This document shows, piece after piece, positions 10,652-20,363 of a stretch of DNA of 64,000 nucleotides (its first letter is position 1; every line of letters starts with the position of its first letter). Origin of the DNA: a virus. Taxonomy: Duplodnaviria; Heunggongvirae; Uroviricota; Caudoviricetes. The stretch lies in IMG/VR virus record IMGVR_UViG_3300035210_000151; one strand, given 5' to 3'. Under the pieces are notes generated by a model. The model worked only from the letters and a program-made list of their open reading frames with translations. It did no database searches and had not been told where the DNA came from. Made by a program: the position numbers and the translations under genes.

Positions 10652-11101
10652 ATGCTAAAAAAAATGAAAACCTACCAATTTTTCTTTATCGCTATCATGC
10701 TTGTTATTTGGTCAGCGTTTTCATATACAGCAAATGCTAATAAATATTTCGAAGGCGATTATCATGATTCAACCGTTATAGAAGCCATTTTTGACCCTAA
10801 TGAACAAACAAACCATATGGGTACGTTTACCTTTAAAGACAGTGATGTCGTCATCATTAAGCCTATTGGAAAAGATGTGTTCACTGCTTTCCATAGCAAT
10901 GGTCAAGAACCGCTTGAAGTTTCTTTGTTGATTTCTGAGCAAGAATTACAGATTAAACCAAGTGAAATGATTGTTATTTCTAAATATGTTGGTATTGGTG
11001 CTGCTTTTATTGCTATGCTTTGCTTTATGATTATGATTTTCAGTAGAAACAAAAAAGAAACACCCGAAGAAAAACGTCAAAAACTTAAATCCCGCGTTTA
11101 A
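10652..11101 (+). CDS. membrane-anchored hypothetical protein
   Basis: N-terminal signal or TM segment, C-terminal TM segment, basic tail. Confidence 0.75.
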   Translation: MLKKMKTYQFFFIAIMLVIWSAFSYTANANKYFEGDYHDSTVIEAIFDPNEQTNHMGTFTFKDSDVVIIKPIGKDVFTAFHSNGQEPLEVSLLISEQELQIKPSEMIVISKYVGIGAAFIAMLCFMIMIFSRNKKETPEEKRQKLKSRV

Positions 11102-11115
11102 ATAGGAGTATTATT

Positions 11116-11346
11116 ATGGTTATGCCTTGCTGCACTCATTGTTACGAAAAATACATTAACGAAGATGGCACTCCTGATCAAGAAGCCATTGAAAAACTTG
11201 AAGCCAAAGATGTTCAAGATCTTAAAGAACACATCATCAAGACCGTTAACGATCCTGATTATGATGCTCGTAAACCTTTGCCACGTTGGCAACCTGTTCG
11301 TTGCACCTGTATCTGCCATACGAAAGGTTTAGTTATTCAACACTAA
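11116..11346 (+). CDS. small Cys-rich putative Zn-binding protein
   Basis: CCTHC and CTCICH motifs, RBS AGGAG. Confidence 0.7.
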   Translation: MVMPCCTHCYEKYINEDGTPDQEAIEKLEAKDVQDLKEHIIKTVNDPDYDARKPLPRWQPVRCTCICHTKGLVIQH

Positions 11347-11364
11347 TCAAACCATGTTTATAAT

Positions 11365-11389
11365 AAAGCCTCTTCGTTGAGGCTTTTTT
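11365..11389. terminator. bidirectional intrinsic terminator
   Basis: AAAGCCTC-ttcgtt-GAGGCTTTTTT between convergent genes. Confidence 0.75.
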
Positions 11390-11393
11390 ATGT

Positions 11394-12194
11394 TTAAATT
11401 TTAATCATTTCTAATAAAAGAAGATAATCTTCGTTATAATCGACTTTTTCTTCATTTAGCCATTTTTTCACTGCAGCTTGGTATCTGTCTAAAAAACGTT
11501 CAGTAAGCGATTTTTTTAAGCATTCTGGATTGGTCACGTCTTCATTGGCTCCATTTTCTGTTTTAGTCAGATAAATCATTGTTTTTTCTTTGTTATGCAA
11601 TATGGATACTGTCATTTTAAAAAGACCTTTCATGGGAAATTCTAAGGTGTGACAAGGCAGAATGGTCAGATCATCAGCCATATAATAATGTTCGCTCAAA
11701 TAAAGCTGTCCATTAATAGATTTACTACGTCCAGTGGTCATTTTACCCACAAGTCCATATTTTAAACCTACTTCAATCTTATCTTGAAGTCTATTCGGAT
11801 TATCTAACCATTTTTCTAATTTTTGGGATGTCTTCTGCATGTTATGATGGTCATAATACTTGTAATAATGAGCGATTTCATACACTGTCTTAAAAGTGTC
11901 TAGAACGAGTTTTTTATTGATAGGTGCTTTATTAAATTTATCAAACAAAACTACTTGTTCTTCTACTGTCCCACCTAATAACATTACCAAACTATCTTCC
12001 CTATCAATGTGAAGGCTTGCTGATGATGGATTGCCTTTAAATTTATTAGGCTTAATGCTGTAGCTGGCAGATGTATAATAGTTATATAGCTCTTGAAATT
12101 CTTCATCTTCTTCTGTCAGCATATAATTGCTAAGATTACTTTTCACGAATTTAAGTAAATCTATTTTTTTAATATTGCACTCGAAATACTTCAT
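11394..12194 (-). CDS. hypothetical protein, paralogue family B, M-x-x-I tail
   Basis: PNKFKGN motif; ends NEDYLLLLEMIKI. Confidence 0.8.
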   Translation of the reverse strand: MKYFECNIKKIDLLKFVKSNLSNYMLTEEDEEFQELYNYYTSASYSIKPNKFKGNPSSASLHIDREDSLVMLLGGTVEEQVVLFDKFNKAPINKKLVLDTFKTVYEIAHYYKYYDHHNMQKTSQKLEKWLDNPNRLQDKIEVGLKYGLVGKMTTGRSKSINGQLYLSEHYYMADDLTILPCHTLEFPMKGLFKMTVSILHNKEKTMIYLTKTENGANEDVTNPECLKKSLTERFLDRYQAAVKKWLNEEKVDYNEDYLLLLEMIKI

Positions 12195-12357
12195 GATAAG
12201 TCCTCTTTAAGTTTATTCATTATTAACCAAAAATAGAATAACTCAATATTTAATGTCCACTTCAATTAAAACACCTAATTCATCTTTTTTTAGTAAAAAA
12301 CTTTAAAAGTAAAATAAAATGTGTTAAACTGATCTATCTTAAATCATGGAGATAATT

Positions 12358-13530
12358 ATGAATATCGTATTTGCCGACCATCCCGTTCCAAAAAACATTA
12401 CAAAGTCACTTTTCCTTGCTGGCCCTTCGCCTCGGGAGATTGGGATACTGGATTGGCGACATGAAGCTATTGATTATCTCAAAAGCATCAACTTCCAAGG
12501 CACCATCTTTGTTCCTATTCCAGAAAAACGCTTCTATGGCTCTACTGACTTGCCTAATTGGAACTATCATACTCAGGTAGAATGGGAATGTTTGTGCCGT
12601 GATATTTCTGACACTATTGTCTTTTGGGTTCCACGAAGTATCGAAGGTAAAATGCCCGGTTTCGTGACCAATATTGAATTCGGTGAAGACCTTGCCACAG
12701 GTAAAGTCGTCTATGGCCGTCCACCAGAAGCCGAAAAATGTAAATACCTTGATAAACGTATGACTGATAAAGGTTATCCTGTCTTTGAAACCTTGTCTGC
12801 AACACTTGATCATGTGGCTAAAACGCTGGGTGATGGTTCGTTCCGTAAAGATGGTGAAGTCCATGTCCCATTGTTCATTTGGAAATCAGACCAATTTCAA
12901 AATTGGTATGCTAATTTGCTGGCTGCTGGTAATACGTTGGAGTCAGCTCGTGTCCACAGTCAGGTCACTGTGGGTGATAACCATCTATTTGCGTATGTAT
13001 TGGCCGTTAAGATTTGGGTCGCCAGTGAACGTAGATTGAAAAGCAATGAATTTGTATTCTCACGAAAAGACAGTATCAATGTGTGTATGTATTATAAAGA
13101 CATTGATGACACTAAAATTGTGTTGGTTAAAGAATTCCGTAGCACTGTTAATAACATGGAAGGGTTTGTGTATGAGCTACCCGGTGGAAGCTCTTTCAAT
13201 CCAGAAAAAAATATTGTGTCTATTGTCAAAGATGAACTCCATGAAGAAGTGGGTTTTACACTGGATGATGATACTCGTTTAGTCCATGTAGATACTCGAC
13301 AAGTGGCGGCTACTTTTGCGACTCATCAAGTGCATCTTTATAAAATTGAATTAAATAAATCTGAATATGATTCGATTGTTGCCAAAAAAGATCAGAAGTT
13401 TGGCAACATTGAAGATAGTGAAGTCATCAGTATTGAAGTGGTCAACCTTAAAGAACTCTTTAACAAGTTGGTAGACTTTTCAGTTATCGGAATGATTTTT
13501 TCAAGTATTTTGGAAAATCATAATTCTTAA
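12358..13530 (+). CDS. nucleoside 2-deoxyribosyltransferase-like domain fused to NUDIX hydrolase
   Basis: N-terminal SLFLAGP..WR..QVEWE..D.IVFWVPR..TNIEFG; C-terminal Nudix box ELPGG...DELHEEVG. Confidence 0.8.
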   Translation: MNIVFADHPVPKNITKSLFLAGPSPREIGILDWRHEAIDYLKSINFQGTIFVPIPEKRFYGSTDLPNWNYHTQVEWECLCRDISDTIVFWVPRSIEGKMPGFVTNIEFGEDLATGKVVYGRPPEAEKCKYLDKRMTDKGYPVFETLSATLDHVAKTLGDGSFRKDGEVHVPLFIWKSDQFQNWYANLLAAGNTLESARVHSQVTVGDNHLFAYVLAVKIWVASERRLKSNEFVFSRKDSINVCMYYKDIDDTKIVLVKEFRSTVNNMEGFVYELPGGSSFNPEKNIVSIVKDELHEEVGFTLDDDTRLVHVDTRQVAATFATHQVHLYKIELNKSEYDSIVAKKDQKFGNIEDSEVISIEVVNLKELFNKLVDFSVIGMIFSSILENHNS

Positions 13531-13639
13531 ATTATCTTAACGATTAAAGAGCCTTGCCATGCAAGGTTTCTTTTTTTGGCGATATTGATATTTATTTTAA
13601 GAGTGATAAGATATCATTGTTTAAATATGAGGATACTCT

Positions 13640-14320
13640 ATGAAAAAGTCTTTAAGTCTATCAATTGCTGCACTTTCACTTGCTTTATTTTCTGGGCTGG
13701 CTACTGCAGCCTACCCAGCAGGTCCAGACGTTCCCGCTGTTAATAATAAACCTGTTGATCCCACTGTTTGTTTTGAAGATAAAGTAGTTAAAAAAGTGGT
13801 TCCTGCCAATTTGTCTAGTTTTGGTGGATATGCTGTTGATGTTCAGTATGTGAATATTGTACCTAACAACAATTGTCATGTGATGATCAATGATGCAGCT
13901 ATGACACAATTATTTAGCACAGGTAATGTAAGCACCGCATTTTCTTCATTAGGTTCTCAGACTCTCTATGGTAGCTATACTGTGATGGGCGTACCAAGAA
14001 ATGAGAACAATATTCTTTACAAAACTGAATCTAATCACATTATTACTAATAAAAAAGCTGGTGACCCTTCTGATATTTTACGTTTTGAAATGCTTGGCAA
14101 TGATCCAAGGCTAGATACCCGTGATTTCAATATTGTGCTTCGAATGAAAACCTTTACTGGTAAATTAGACCCATATAACAAGCCTATTGTCGATTCATTT
14201 ACTTTTAATGTGTCTGAAACATTCAAAGTAGGTTATCGCAATCATTTCTTATTCAGTAAAAATAATCAACTTATTTATGTGAACGTTTATCCGTTGAAAT
14301 ACCCTATACCGAAAAGATAA
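13640..14320 (+). CDS. exported hypothetical protein
   Basis: Sec signal peptide MKKSLSLSIAALSLALFSGLATA. Confidence 0.8.
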   Translation: MKKSLSLSIAALSLALFSGLATAAYPAGPDVPAVNNKPVDPTVCFEDKVVKKVVPANLSSFGGYAVDVQYVNIVPNNNCHVMINDAAMTQLFSTGNVSTAFSSLGSQTLYGSYTVMGVPRNENNILYKTESNHIITNKKAGDPSDILRFEMLGNDPRLDTRDFNIVLRMKTFTGKLDPYNKPIVDSFTFNVSETFKVGYRNHFLFSKNNQLIYVNVYPLKYPIPKR

Positions 14321-14341
14321 TTAATCATAAGGAGAATTATT

Positions 14342-14575
14342 ATGAAATACGGCGTTATTTACAATGTATCCATTCATCATGAAGGTGATGAACGAAGTCG
14401 AACAAATCCCGGCCACGGTTATCCAGCTTACACTGAGAATGTGGAAACCTTTAAGTCATTTGAAACTGATGAACTATTAAAGCAGTGGATTGCTAAAAAC
14501 AAAGATAAAACTTATAAAGCTATTCGTTATGAAGAATTAAAAGTAACACTTAAACTCGATGTTGATTTGAGTTAA
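14342..14575 (+). CDS. small phage-type hypothetical protein
   Basis: RBS AAGGAG, motif GDERSRTNPGHGYPA. Confidence 0.75.
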   Translation: MKYGVIYNVSIHHEGDERSRTNPGHGYPAYTENVETFKSFETDELLKQWIAKNKDKTYKAIRYEELKVTLKLDVDLS

Positions 14576-14592
14576 TGAAGCAAAACAAAACG

Positions 14593-14647
14593 AAGCTGCT
14601 CAATTGAGTGGCTTTTTTTTGACTATTTTTTAATCATGTGCTATAAT
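14593..14647 (+). promoter_or_regulatory. intrinsic terminator overlapping a sigma70 promoter for the RNA ligase
   Basis: AAGCTGCTC-aatt-GAGTGGCTTTTTTTT; its T-tract forms TTGACT(14619)-N17-TATAAT(14642), with extended TG. Confidence 0.7.
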
Positions 14648-14681
14648 ATCGCATCTTTTACAAAGCAATGAGGCTTAAATA

Positions 14682-15653
14682 ATGAAAAAATTTAGAAGTA
14701 TTGATGGTCTTTCTAAAATCTTCACGATGTTGCGTGCTAACGCAGATTATAAGGGTATTCCACATTCTGAATTGCCTACTCTGAATTTCACAGGTACTGT
14801 AAAAATTCATGGCACCAATGCCGGTATGATTATTGAATCAGCGGACGCCACAACTGTGACAGCACAAGGACGAGATAAAATAGTGACCTTCGATCACGAT
14901 AATGCCGGTTTTGCGGCTTATTGCATGTCATTGACACCAAAGGTCATCCAAGAGATGTATAAAGCCCTTAATCCATCAGGAAAAGGTGTTTTGACTGTTT
15001 TTGGCGAATGGGCCGGTGAAGGCGTTCAGAATAGTGCAGCAGTGGGTAAAGTGCAGAAGCATTTTATTATTTTTGCAGCTCATGTTGATTCTCAATACAT
15101 TACGCTTAATCGTGAGTATCACAACCATGATTACCGTATCTATAACGTATATGAAGTCCCTACTTACAATATTGACATCAACTTTGCTAATCCCGGTAAC
15201 ATCGAAGAAGTGTTGACTGAACTTACTTTGGCTGTTGAAGCTGAATGTCCTTGGGCCTTGCAGTTTGGTGTTTCTGGTATTGGTGAAGGTATTGTTTGGC
15301 ATTTGACCGATGATCCGACTAACTCAGGTTACATTTTTAAAACGAAAGGGCCAAAACACTCTGTTCGTAAAAACCCATCTGCAAAAGCGGCTACTGTTGA
15401 TGTAGAAAAGGTAAACTCGATTCATGAGTGCGTTGATATTATGTTGACTGAAAATCGCATGAAGCAAATGATTAAAGATCACAACATTGAAGTTATTCCA
15501 GAAAACTTCGGTGTGTTCTTGAAGTATGTCTCTATGGATTGTTTGAAAGAAGAGTCGGCTTTGCTGGTTGAGAACAATCTCCTTTGGAAAGATGTCACTA
15601 AATCATTGGCAGTTCGTTGTCGTGAATGGTATTTCAAGAATTTTGAAATTTGA
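14682..15653 (+). CDS. RNA ligase, Rnl2 family
   Basis: Nucleotidyltransferase motifs KIHGTN (I), FGEWAG (III), GEGIVW (IV), FKTK (V). Confidence 0.85.
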   Translation: MKKFRSIDGLSKIFTMLRANADYKGIPHSELPTLNFTGTVKIHGTNAGMIIESADATTVTAQGRDKIVTFDHDNAGFAAYCMSLTPKVIQEMYKALNPSGKGVLTVFGEWAGEGVQNSAAVGKVQKHFIIFAAHVDSQYITLNREYHNHDYRIYNVYEVPTYNIDINFANPGNIEEVLTELTLAVEAECPWALQFGVSGIGEGIVWHLTDDPTNSGYIFKTKGPKHSVRKNPSAKAATVDVEKVNSIHECVDIMLTENRMKQMIKDHNIEVIPENFGVFLKYVSMDCLKEESALLVENNLLWKDVTKSLAVRCREWYFKNFEI

Positions 15654-15667
15654 TTTTCTTGATTTGT

Positions 15668-15849
15668 AATTTTCCGTTTTATACCCTTTAATATATTGAC
15701 ACTTATGGTCATTGAGAATTTTACATACAAAAATCCGTTATATTCTGTGATTATTCTCAATTTTCCGTTTTATAATACAAACCAAAGCAAATTATTGTTG
15801 TAAATATCTTAAAATATATAGTGTTAATTATGATGTAAAAACCCGTTAT
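15668..15849. repeat. intergenic repeated motif array
   Basis: AATTTTCCGTTTTATA at 15668 and 15759; related AAAAA(T/C)CCGTTAT at 15729 and 15837; inverted pair ATTGAGAAT(15711)/ATTCTCAAT(15753). Confidence 0.6.
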
Positions 15850-15980
15850 TAAAAATATAAGTAATAAAATTTTATTATCTGTTTATTGTATTAAATTCAA
15901 TAAGTTATTCAAAAATACTTTTATTTTTAAAATCATCATGTTATAATTATTCATCATTTATAAAAAAGAGGATAAAACAT

Positions 15981-16358
15981 ATGGATTGGTTGGTAACAAA
16001 AGGCTTTAAGCATGACAAAAAATCAGATACATTTGTTGAAGATTTAGAAAGTTCAATTATTGGATTATCTGAATTGTCTGGCGATGGTGCGTATGTAGTT
16101 GCAGGCAAGATTGATAAAGAAGCTATTCAGCGAGCAATTGAAAATCAATGTTATCCATACATCTTTAAAGTATTTAATTCAGACGATGATTTGATTGTAG
16201 AGGGGATTTGTGAAGGTATCTCGCCAGCTCCATTACTGTCAATCAACCGTGAGCTTTATGATTTTGATATTGAATACATTCAGTTTATTGAAGATGGTCA
16301 AGTGGTTGATGTTTTGTTGATCGAAGATGAGTTCGATATGTCGATGGAAGAAGATTAA
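15981..16358 (+). CDS. acidic hypothetical protein
   Basis: 125 aa, D/E-rich, RBS GAGGA. Confidence 0.75.
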   Translation: MDWLVTKGFKHDKKSDTFVEDLESSIIGLSELSGDGAYVVAGKIDKEAIQRAIENQCYPYIFKVFNSDDDLIVEGICEGISPAPLLSINRELYDFDIEYIQFIEDGQVVDVLLIEDEFDMSMEED

Positions 16359-16400
16359 TCAATAGTTCTTGTTAATGATTTTCGATTGAATACAATCTTC

Positions 16401-16470
16401 TTGATGTCTTAACCGTTTTAGAGTATAATGTAGGCTCAGCTATAAAGCACTGCAGATACTTAAAAACGGT
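16401..16470 (+). promoter_or_regulatory. sigma70 promoter overlapped by an imperfect inverted repeat
   Basis: TTGATG-N17-TATAAT; arms ACCGTTTTAGAGTAT and ATACTTAAAAACGGT. Confidence 0.55.
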
Positions 16471-16532
16471 AAAAAACACCTTATTTAAATCGTTAATGCC
16501 GTTAATCAAACAAAACTATTGAGGTGACTCGA

Positions 16533-16751
16533 ATGGACGATAAAACAGCTAAAAAACTGGTTATGGAGCGGAAGAAGCTTCGTGCAGAGAGTAAAAAACT
16601 GGGTGATAAGCTTTGGAAGACTAACCTTTGTTCACCAGAAGCGGATCGGTATAGAGCACGATTGAAAGAAATTGATGCTATCTTTGCCGAAAAAGGCAAT
16701 CTGTTTCAAGCAGGGTTTGCTCATTTACTTGTCGCTCAGCCACAATCGTAA
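16533..16751 (+). CDS. small basic helical hypothetical protein
   Basis: RBS GAGGTG before ATG 16533, terminator follows. Confidence 0.7.
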   Translation: MDDKTAKKLVMERKKLRAESKKLGDKLWKTNLCSPEADRYRARLKEIDAIFAEKGNLFQAGFAHLLVAQPQS

Positions 16752-16770
16752 CGTCTTTTAGTTATAAACA

Positions 16771-16796
16771 AAAACACCACAGATGTGGTGTTTTTT
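16771..16796. terminator. bidirectional intrinsic terminator
   Basis: AAAACACCAC-agat-GTGGTGTTTTTT. Confidence 0.7.
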
Positions 16797-16822
16797 ATTG
16801 TCATTAAATTTAATTTTTTTGA

Positions 16823-17119
16823 CTATCTTTCAAGAGTTACAATGGTAAACTTATCACCGATTTGCTTTTCCAAACAAACCTTTGCCATGTTGACCAGATA
16901 ATCGTAAGCAATGTTCGATTCGTTTGAGGGTTCTTCATCGGATGGTTCCCAATCATGTACATACACAATAGCTTTCAATAATACAATGGTGTGCGGTAAT
17001 ATACCGATTTCCAACAGTTGTTCTTCTGTGCCATTCAAAATGTCATGATCATGATCATTCCATAATGCAAAACCACAACAATAATCTCCGAAGATCCTTA
17101 ATACTGGTTTTTCATTCAT
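16823..17119 (-). CDS. hypothetical protein
   Basis: 98 aa, RBS GAGGA. Confidence 0.7.
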   Translation of the reverse strand: MNEKPVLRIFGDYCCGFALWNDHDHDILNGTEEQLLEIGILPHTIVLLKAIVYVHDWEPSDEEPSNESNIAYDYLVNMAKVCLEKQIGDKFTIVTLER

Positions 17120-17178
17120 CTAAGCTTTCCTCAATAGTTTTAAGGCTACGAATAGCCTTATTTTAAATGTGTATATTG

Positions 17179-17691
17179 TTAGTTATCGTTATGATGGTTG
17201 CTGTGATGATCATGAGAGCTATCATGCCCACCACTATTGCTTGAATCATCAGAAGCCGCATATACAAAGTCACTGTATACATTGCCATCTTTATCCCTTT
17301 TTGCATTACCACCTTGACGATGTTTTGGATCAATGTATTGTGCCATTTTTTGACGCTCATTGTAAATCATTGTATGAAACTCATTTCTTTTTTCTAGAAA
17401 ATTGACACATTTTCTGAGGTGTCTTAAAAGACCACTATCACCTGCCACATCAAATTTATCTGCTGAAAACTTGACTTTCTCTGTAAGTCTATCATAGGTG
17501 ATGGTCAGTTCTTCTTCAAAAGGTGAAAAAATGTATTGATCTTTTGATGGTAAGACCAGTGTTAATACATTATCGTCTAATGTATAGTTAAATGTCAGGT
17601 TTGGATAGATGTTCATACCATAATCAATTCTTAGGATATTCAGGATATGGTTTAATATGTGTTTTTTCTTGAAATAATTAAACATGAGCAT
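17179..17691 (-). CDS. hypothetical protein with Ser/His/Asp-rich tail
   Basis: RBS AGGAG; ends SSNSGGHDSSHDHHSNHHNDN. Confidence 0.75.
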   Translation of the reverse strand: MLMFNYFKKKHILNHILNILRIDYGMNIYPNLTFNYTLDDNVLTLVLPSKDQYIFSPFEEELTITYDRLTEKVKFSADKFDVAGDSGLLRHLRKCVNFLEKRNEFHTMIYNERQKMAQYIDPKHRQGGNAKRDKDGNVYSDFVYAASDDSSNSGGHDSSHDHHSNHHNDN

Positions 17692-17747
17692 TAACTCCTA
17701 TAATTTTCTCGATTATAGCATAAAACTATACAAAAAACACCTTAAAT

Positions 17748-18356
17748 TTAACTTAATAAAAAATGAGCAGCTTGTGTATTTTCTTTATTGATTTCTTTAA
17801 CATGGGAAGCATAAGAAATTAGGTTTACTAATTCATGAAATTCAACATTATCAATTTGGACTCCATTGATTCTAAATGTGTTTTTCGTAAATTCATTTCT
17901 TTTTTCTATTAGTATTATTATATCTTCAAATTCCACAGTTAAATAAGATCCAGTTTGATCTTTTCTTAATTTATATTTTCTATCAAGCTTAAAATCACAT
18001 TTGTCCTCTATATCTTTCTCACTTGTTATTTTAATACGATGTAGGCTCATTATTATAAATTCATGGTGTATCTCTGTATCTGCAGCTTGGTTTATTCCTA
18101 ATGAGCCATCAAAACCGGGTAAACAATGTAGGTATTCTTTAAGTTTTAAAGCCTCTTTATTATTATCTGCAAAATTTATTAGACCTTTTAAATTAGAATC
18201 TGCTGGTAATTTGTCTTCATCTGCTAATTCACACATTGCAACCAATAATATTATAGCTCTTCTAACCCACAGATCATCTGGTTCATTATAGTCTATACCA
18301 GAGAAGTCATAAATATTGAAAAGATTTTTTATTTTTATATATTCATTGTATACCAT
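17748..18356 (-). CDS. family C: stand-alone DotL/IcmO all-alpha-domain-like protein
   Basis: DLWVRRAI..LKEYLHCLPGFD..Q..EIHHEFIIMSL. Confidence 0.7.
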   Translation of the reverse strand: MVYNEYIKIKNLFNIYDFSGIDYNEPDDLWVRRAIILLVAMCELADEDKLPADSNLKGLINFADNNKEALKLKEYLHCLPGFDGSLGINQAADTEIHHEFIIMSLHRIKITSEKDIEDKCDFKLDRKYKLRKDQTGSYLTVEFEDIIILIEKRNEFTKNTFRINGVQIDNVEFHELVNLISYASHVKEINKENTQAAHFLLS

Positions 18357-18423
18357 AGTATTAATATCCTCTTTTTTAAGCATACTAGCATTCAAAGAAT
18401 AATTAGCAATATGGATTATGATA

Positions 18424-19041
18424 TTAACGGAGCAAATAGTAAACAGCTTCTATATTTTCTTTGGTTATATTTTTTGTAAATTGTGTATATGAAATAATAT
18501 TGACTAGATTATGCAATTCAATATCGTCTACAAGCGTATCATTTACTCGAAAAGTTTTTTGAAGAAATTCATTTCTTTTTTCTATCTGGACAGTGTAATC
18601 GTTAAAAACTACATCTAAATAAGATCCATCCTGATCTGTTCTTAACGTATATTTACCCAAATGATTTATTGTACATCTATCATTAAGCTCCTGTTCTCTT
18701 TGTTCAGCAAGCCCATTTAAATTCATTTCTACAAAACCATGTTGATTATATGTGCCTGTTGATTGATTAGAACCCAATGAATCTTTATACCCCGGAAGTA
18801 TTTTTAGATAATTTTTTAATTTAACAGCATCTTGATTCTCAGTTATGAATTTTGTTAAATCATCTAAATTTGAACTTTGTGGGTATTTTTCTTTGTAGCT
18901 TAATTCACACATAGATTCGATCAGCATTAATGCACGACTAGACCACATATCCATACCACTGTTGTTGCTAAGAAACGTTTCACCGTAAAAACCACAGATG
19001 TTGGCTATATTTTTTATCTTTATATATTCATTATAATACAT
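18424..19041 (-). CDS. family C: stand-alone DotL/IcmO all-alpha-domain-like protein (best match)
   Basis: GMDMWSSRAL..LKNYLKILPGY..NQ..NQHGFVEMNL, compared with DotL DMWKGRAI..LRNYLNTLPGY..KQ..EQHGFITMQL (recalled). Confidence 0.75.
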   Translation of the reverse strand: MYYNEYIKIKNIANICGFYGETFLSNNSGMDMWSSRALMLIESMCELSYKEKYPQSSNLDDLTKFITENQDAVKLKNYLKILPGYKDSLGSNQSTGTYNQHGFVEMNLNGLAEQREQELNDRCTINHLGKYTLRTDQDGSYLDVVFNDYTVQIEKRNEFLQKTFRVNDTLVDDIELHNLVNIISYTQFTKNITKENIEAVYYLLR

Positions 19042-19105
19042 CAGTTAACATCCTCTTTTACAGTATGCTAGCATTAGAATGATAACTTTCAATAGATAGA
19101 TAATA

Positions 19106-19717
19106 TTAACGAAGAAAGTAATAGGCAGCTTCTGTGTTAACAACAGTAGGATCTTTTACAATATTACTATAGTTAATCAAATTAATGAGTTCTTCCATTT
19201 TTATATCTGGGACACTACGGTTATTGACCATGAAATTATGAGGATAGTTAACAGAGTTTCTTTCAATTTTAATCATCACATTTTCTGTCTTTATGTTTAA
19301 TTGTAAACCGTTCTTAATATTTTTTAAGTTCATTTCAATTAAAGAATCGTTGAAATACACACCACCCAAATTTGATTGGTTTCTATGTCTGAAATCATCT
19401 AAACAATGAAGAATGAAACCATGTATTTCATAATCTTTAATGGTTGGTTGTACACCTTCTTTATAATTGGAGATAAAATGATCCATGTATTTTCTTAACA
19501 TAGAAGCTTCTGGATTTTCTTTTATAAATTTAAGAACTGAATCCAAAGCAGCACTTTCAGGATATTTGCCATTATCACCAAGCTCGCACATGGCGTCTAA
19601 TAACAATAGTGCCCTTGATTCCCACATAACATCGTGATCAGCACAAATTAATGATTTTCCATAACAATCATAAATCATGATTAGATTTTTTATTTTAACA
19701 TACTCTTTGTATAGCAT
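19106..19717 (-). CDS. family C paralogue
   Basis: VMWESRAL..LRKYM..EIHGFILHCL. Confidence 0.75.
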   Translation of the reverse strand: MLYKEYVKIKNLIMIYDCYGKSLICADHDVMWESRALLLLDAMCELGDNGKYPESAALDSVLKFIKENPEASMLRKYMDHFISNYKEGVQPTIKDYEIHGFILHCLDDFRHRNQSNLGGVYFNDSLIEMNLKNIKNGLQLNIKTENVMIKIERNSVNYPHNFMVNNRSVPDIKMEELINLINYSNIVKDPTVVNTEAAYYFLR

Positions 19718-19719
19718 GG

Positions 19720-20346
19720 TTAGCTTCTCTCACTGTTAAAAAAAAAGAAGGCTGCTTGTATATTTTGTAAGTTAATCTGTTTAACAAATCTAGCATAGGT
19801 AATAACATTTATCATCTCAGAGAATTTTAAATCTTCAAAGATAACATCATTGATAATGAACGTTTTTTCGTCTAATGCATAATCTCTTTCTATAGTTACT
19901 TTAAATCCTTGTAAATTGACATCCAAAAAATCACTAGTTATTTCATCTCTAAGTATATAGTCAGCATTAAAATCAGGATGACAATTTCCATAAATGTCTC
20001 CCATGTAACATTTTGGCAACCGATGTAGCCCATCACTGTGAAGACTATGATAGGATAATGTTTCCATACATTGTTTTGTTAGTTTTTTATTATATTTGGG
20101 GATGCTTGTTAAATATTCGTTTAATAATCTTGCCTCATAATTTTCATTTGAAAATTTGGTCAGATCACTTAGTTTTGAACTGATAGGATATTTACCAGTG
20201 GCCTCTAACTCGCACATTGCCATTAAGAGTCTTTCACTTCCTTCATACCTTATACTTCCTACCGATTTCTCATCGACAAAAGGTTTTTCGTAGATCTGAA
20301 ACAATCTCATTAAATTTTTAATTTTGATGTATTTTTCAAATAACAT
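19720..20346 (-). CDS. family C paralogue
   Basis: YIKIKN..AMCEL..KYP..LNEYLTSIPKY. Confidence 0.75.
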   Translation of the reverse strand: MLFEKYIKIKNLMRLFQIYEKPFVDEKSVGSIRYEGSERLLMAMCELEATGKYPISSKLSDLTKFSNENYEARLLNEYLTSIPKYNKKLTKQCMETLSYHSLHSDGLHRLPKCYMGDIYGNCHPDFNADYILRDEITSDFLDVNLQGFKVTIERDYALDEKTFIINDVIFEDLKFSEMINVITYARFVKQINLQNIQAAFFFFNSERS

Positions 20347-20363
20347 GATTATATTTATCCTTA

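Noticed and set aside
15654-15980. Possible CRISPR array or replication origin
   Set aside because: There are only two exact 16-bp copies with irregular spacing, and no cas or rep gene nearby. Kept only as a motif array.
17169-17405. His/Cys-rich plus-strand ORF that looks like a metal-binding peptide
   Set aside because: It is the antisense shadow of the low-complexity tail of 17179..17691, which has a good RBS.
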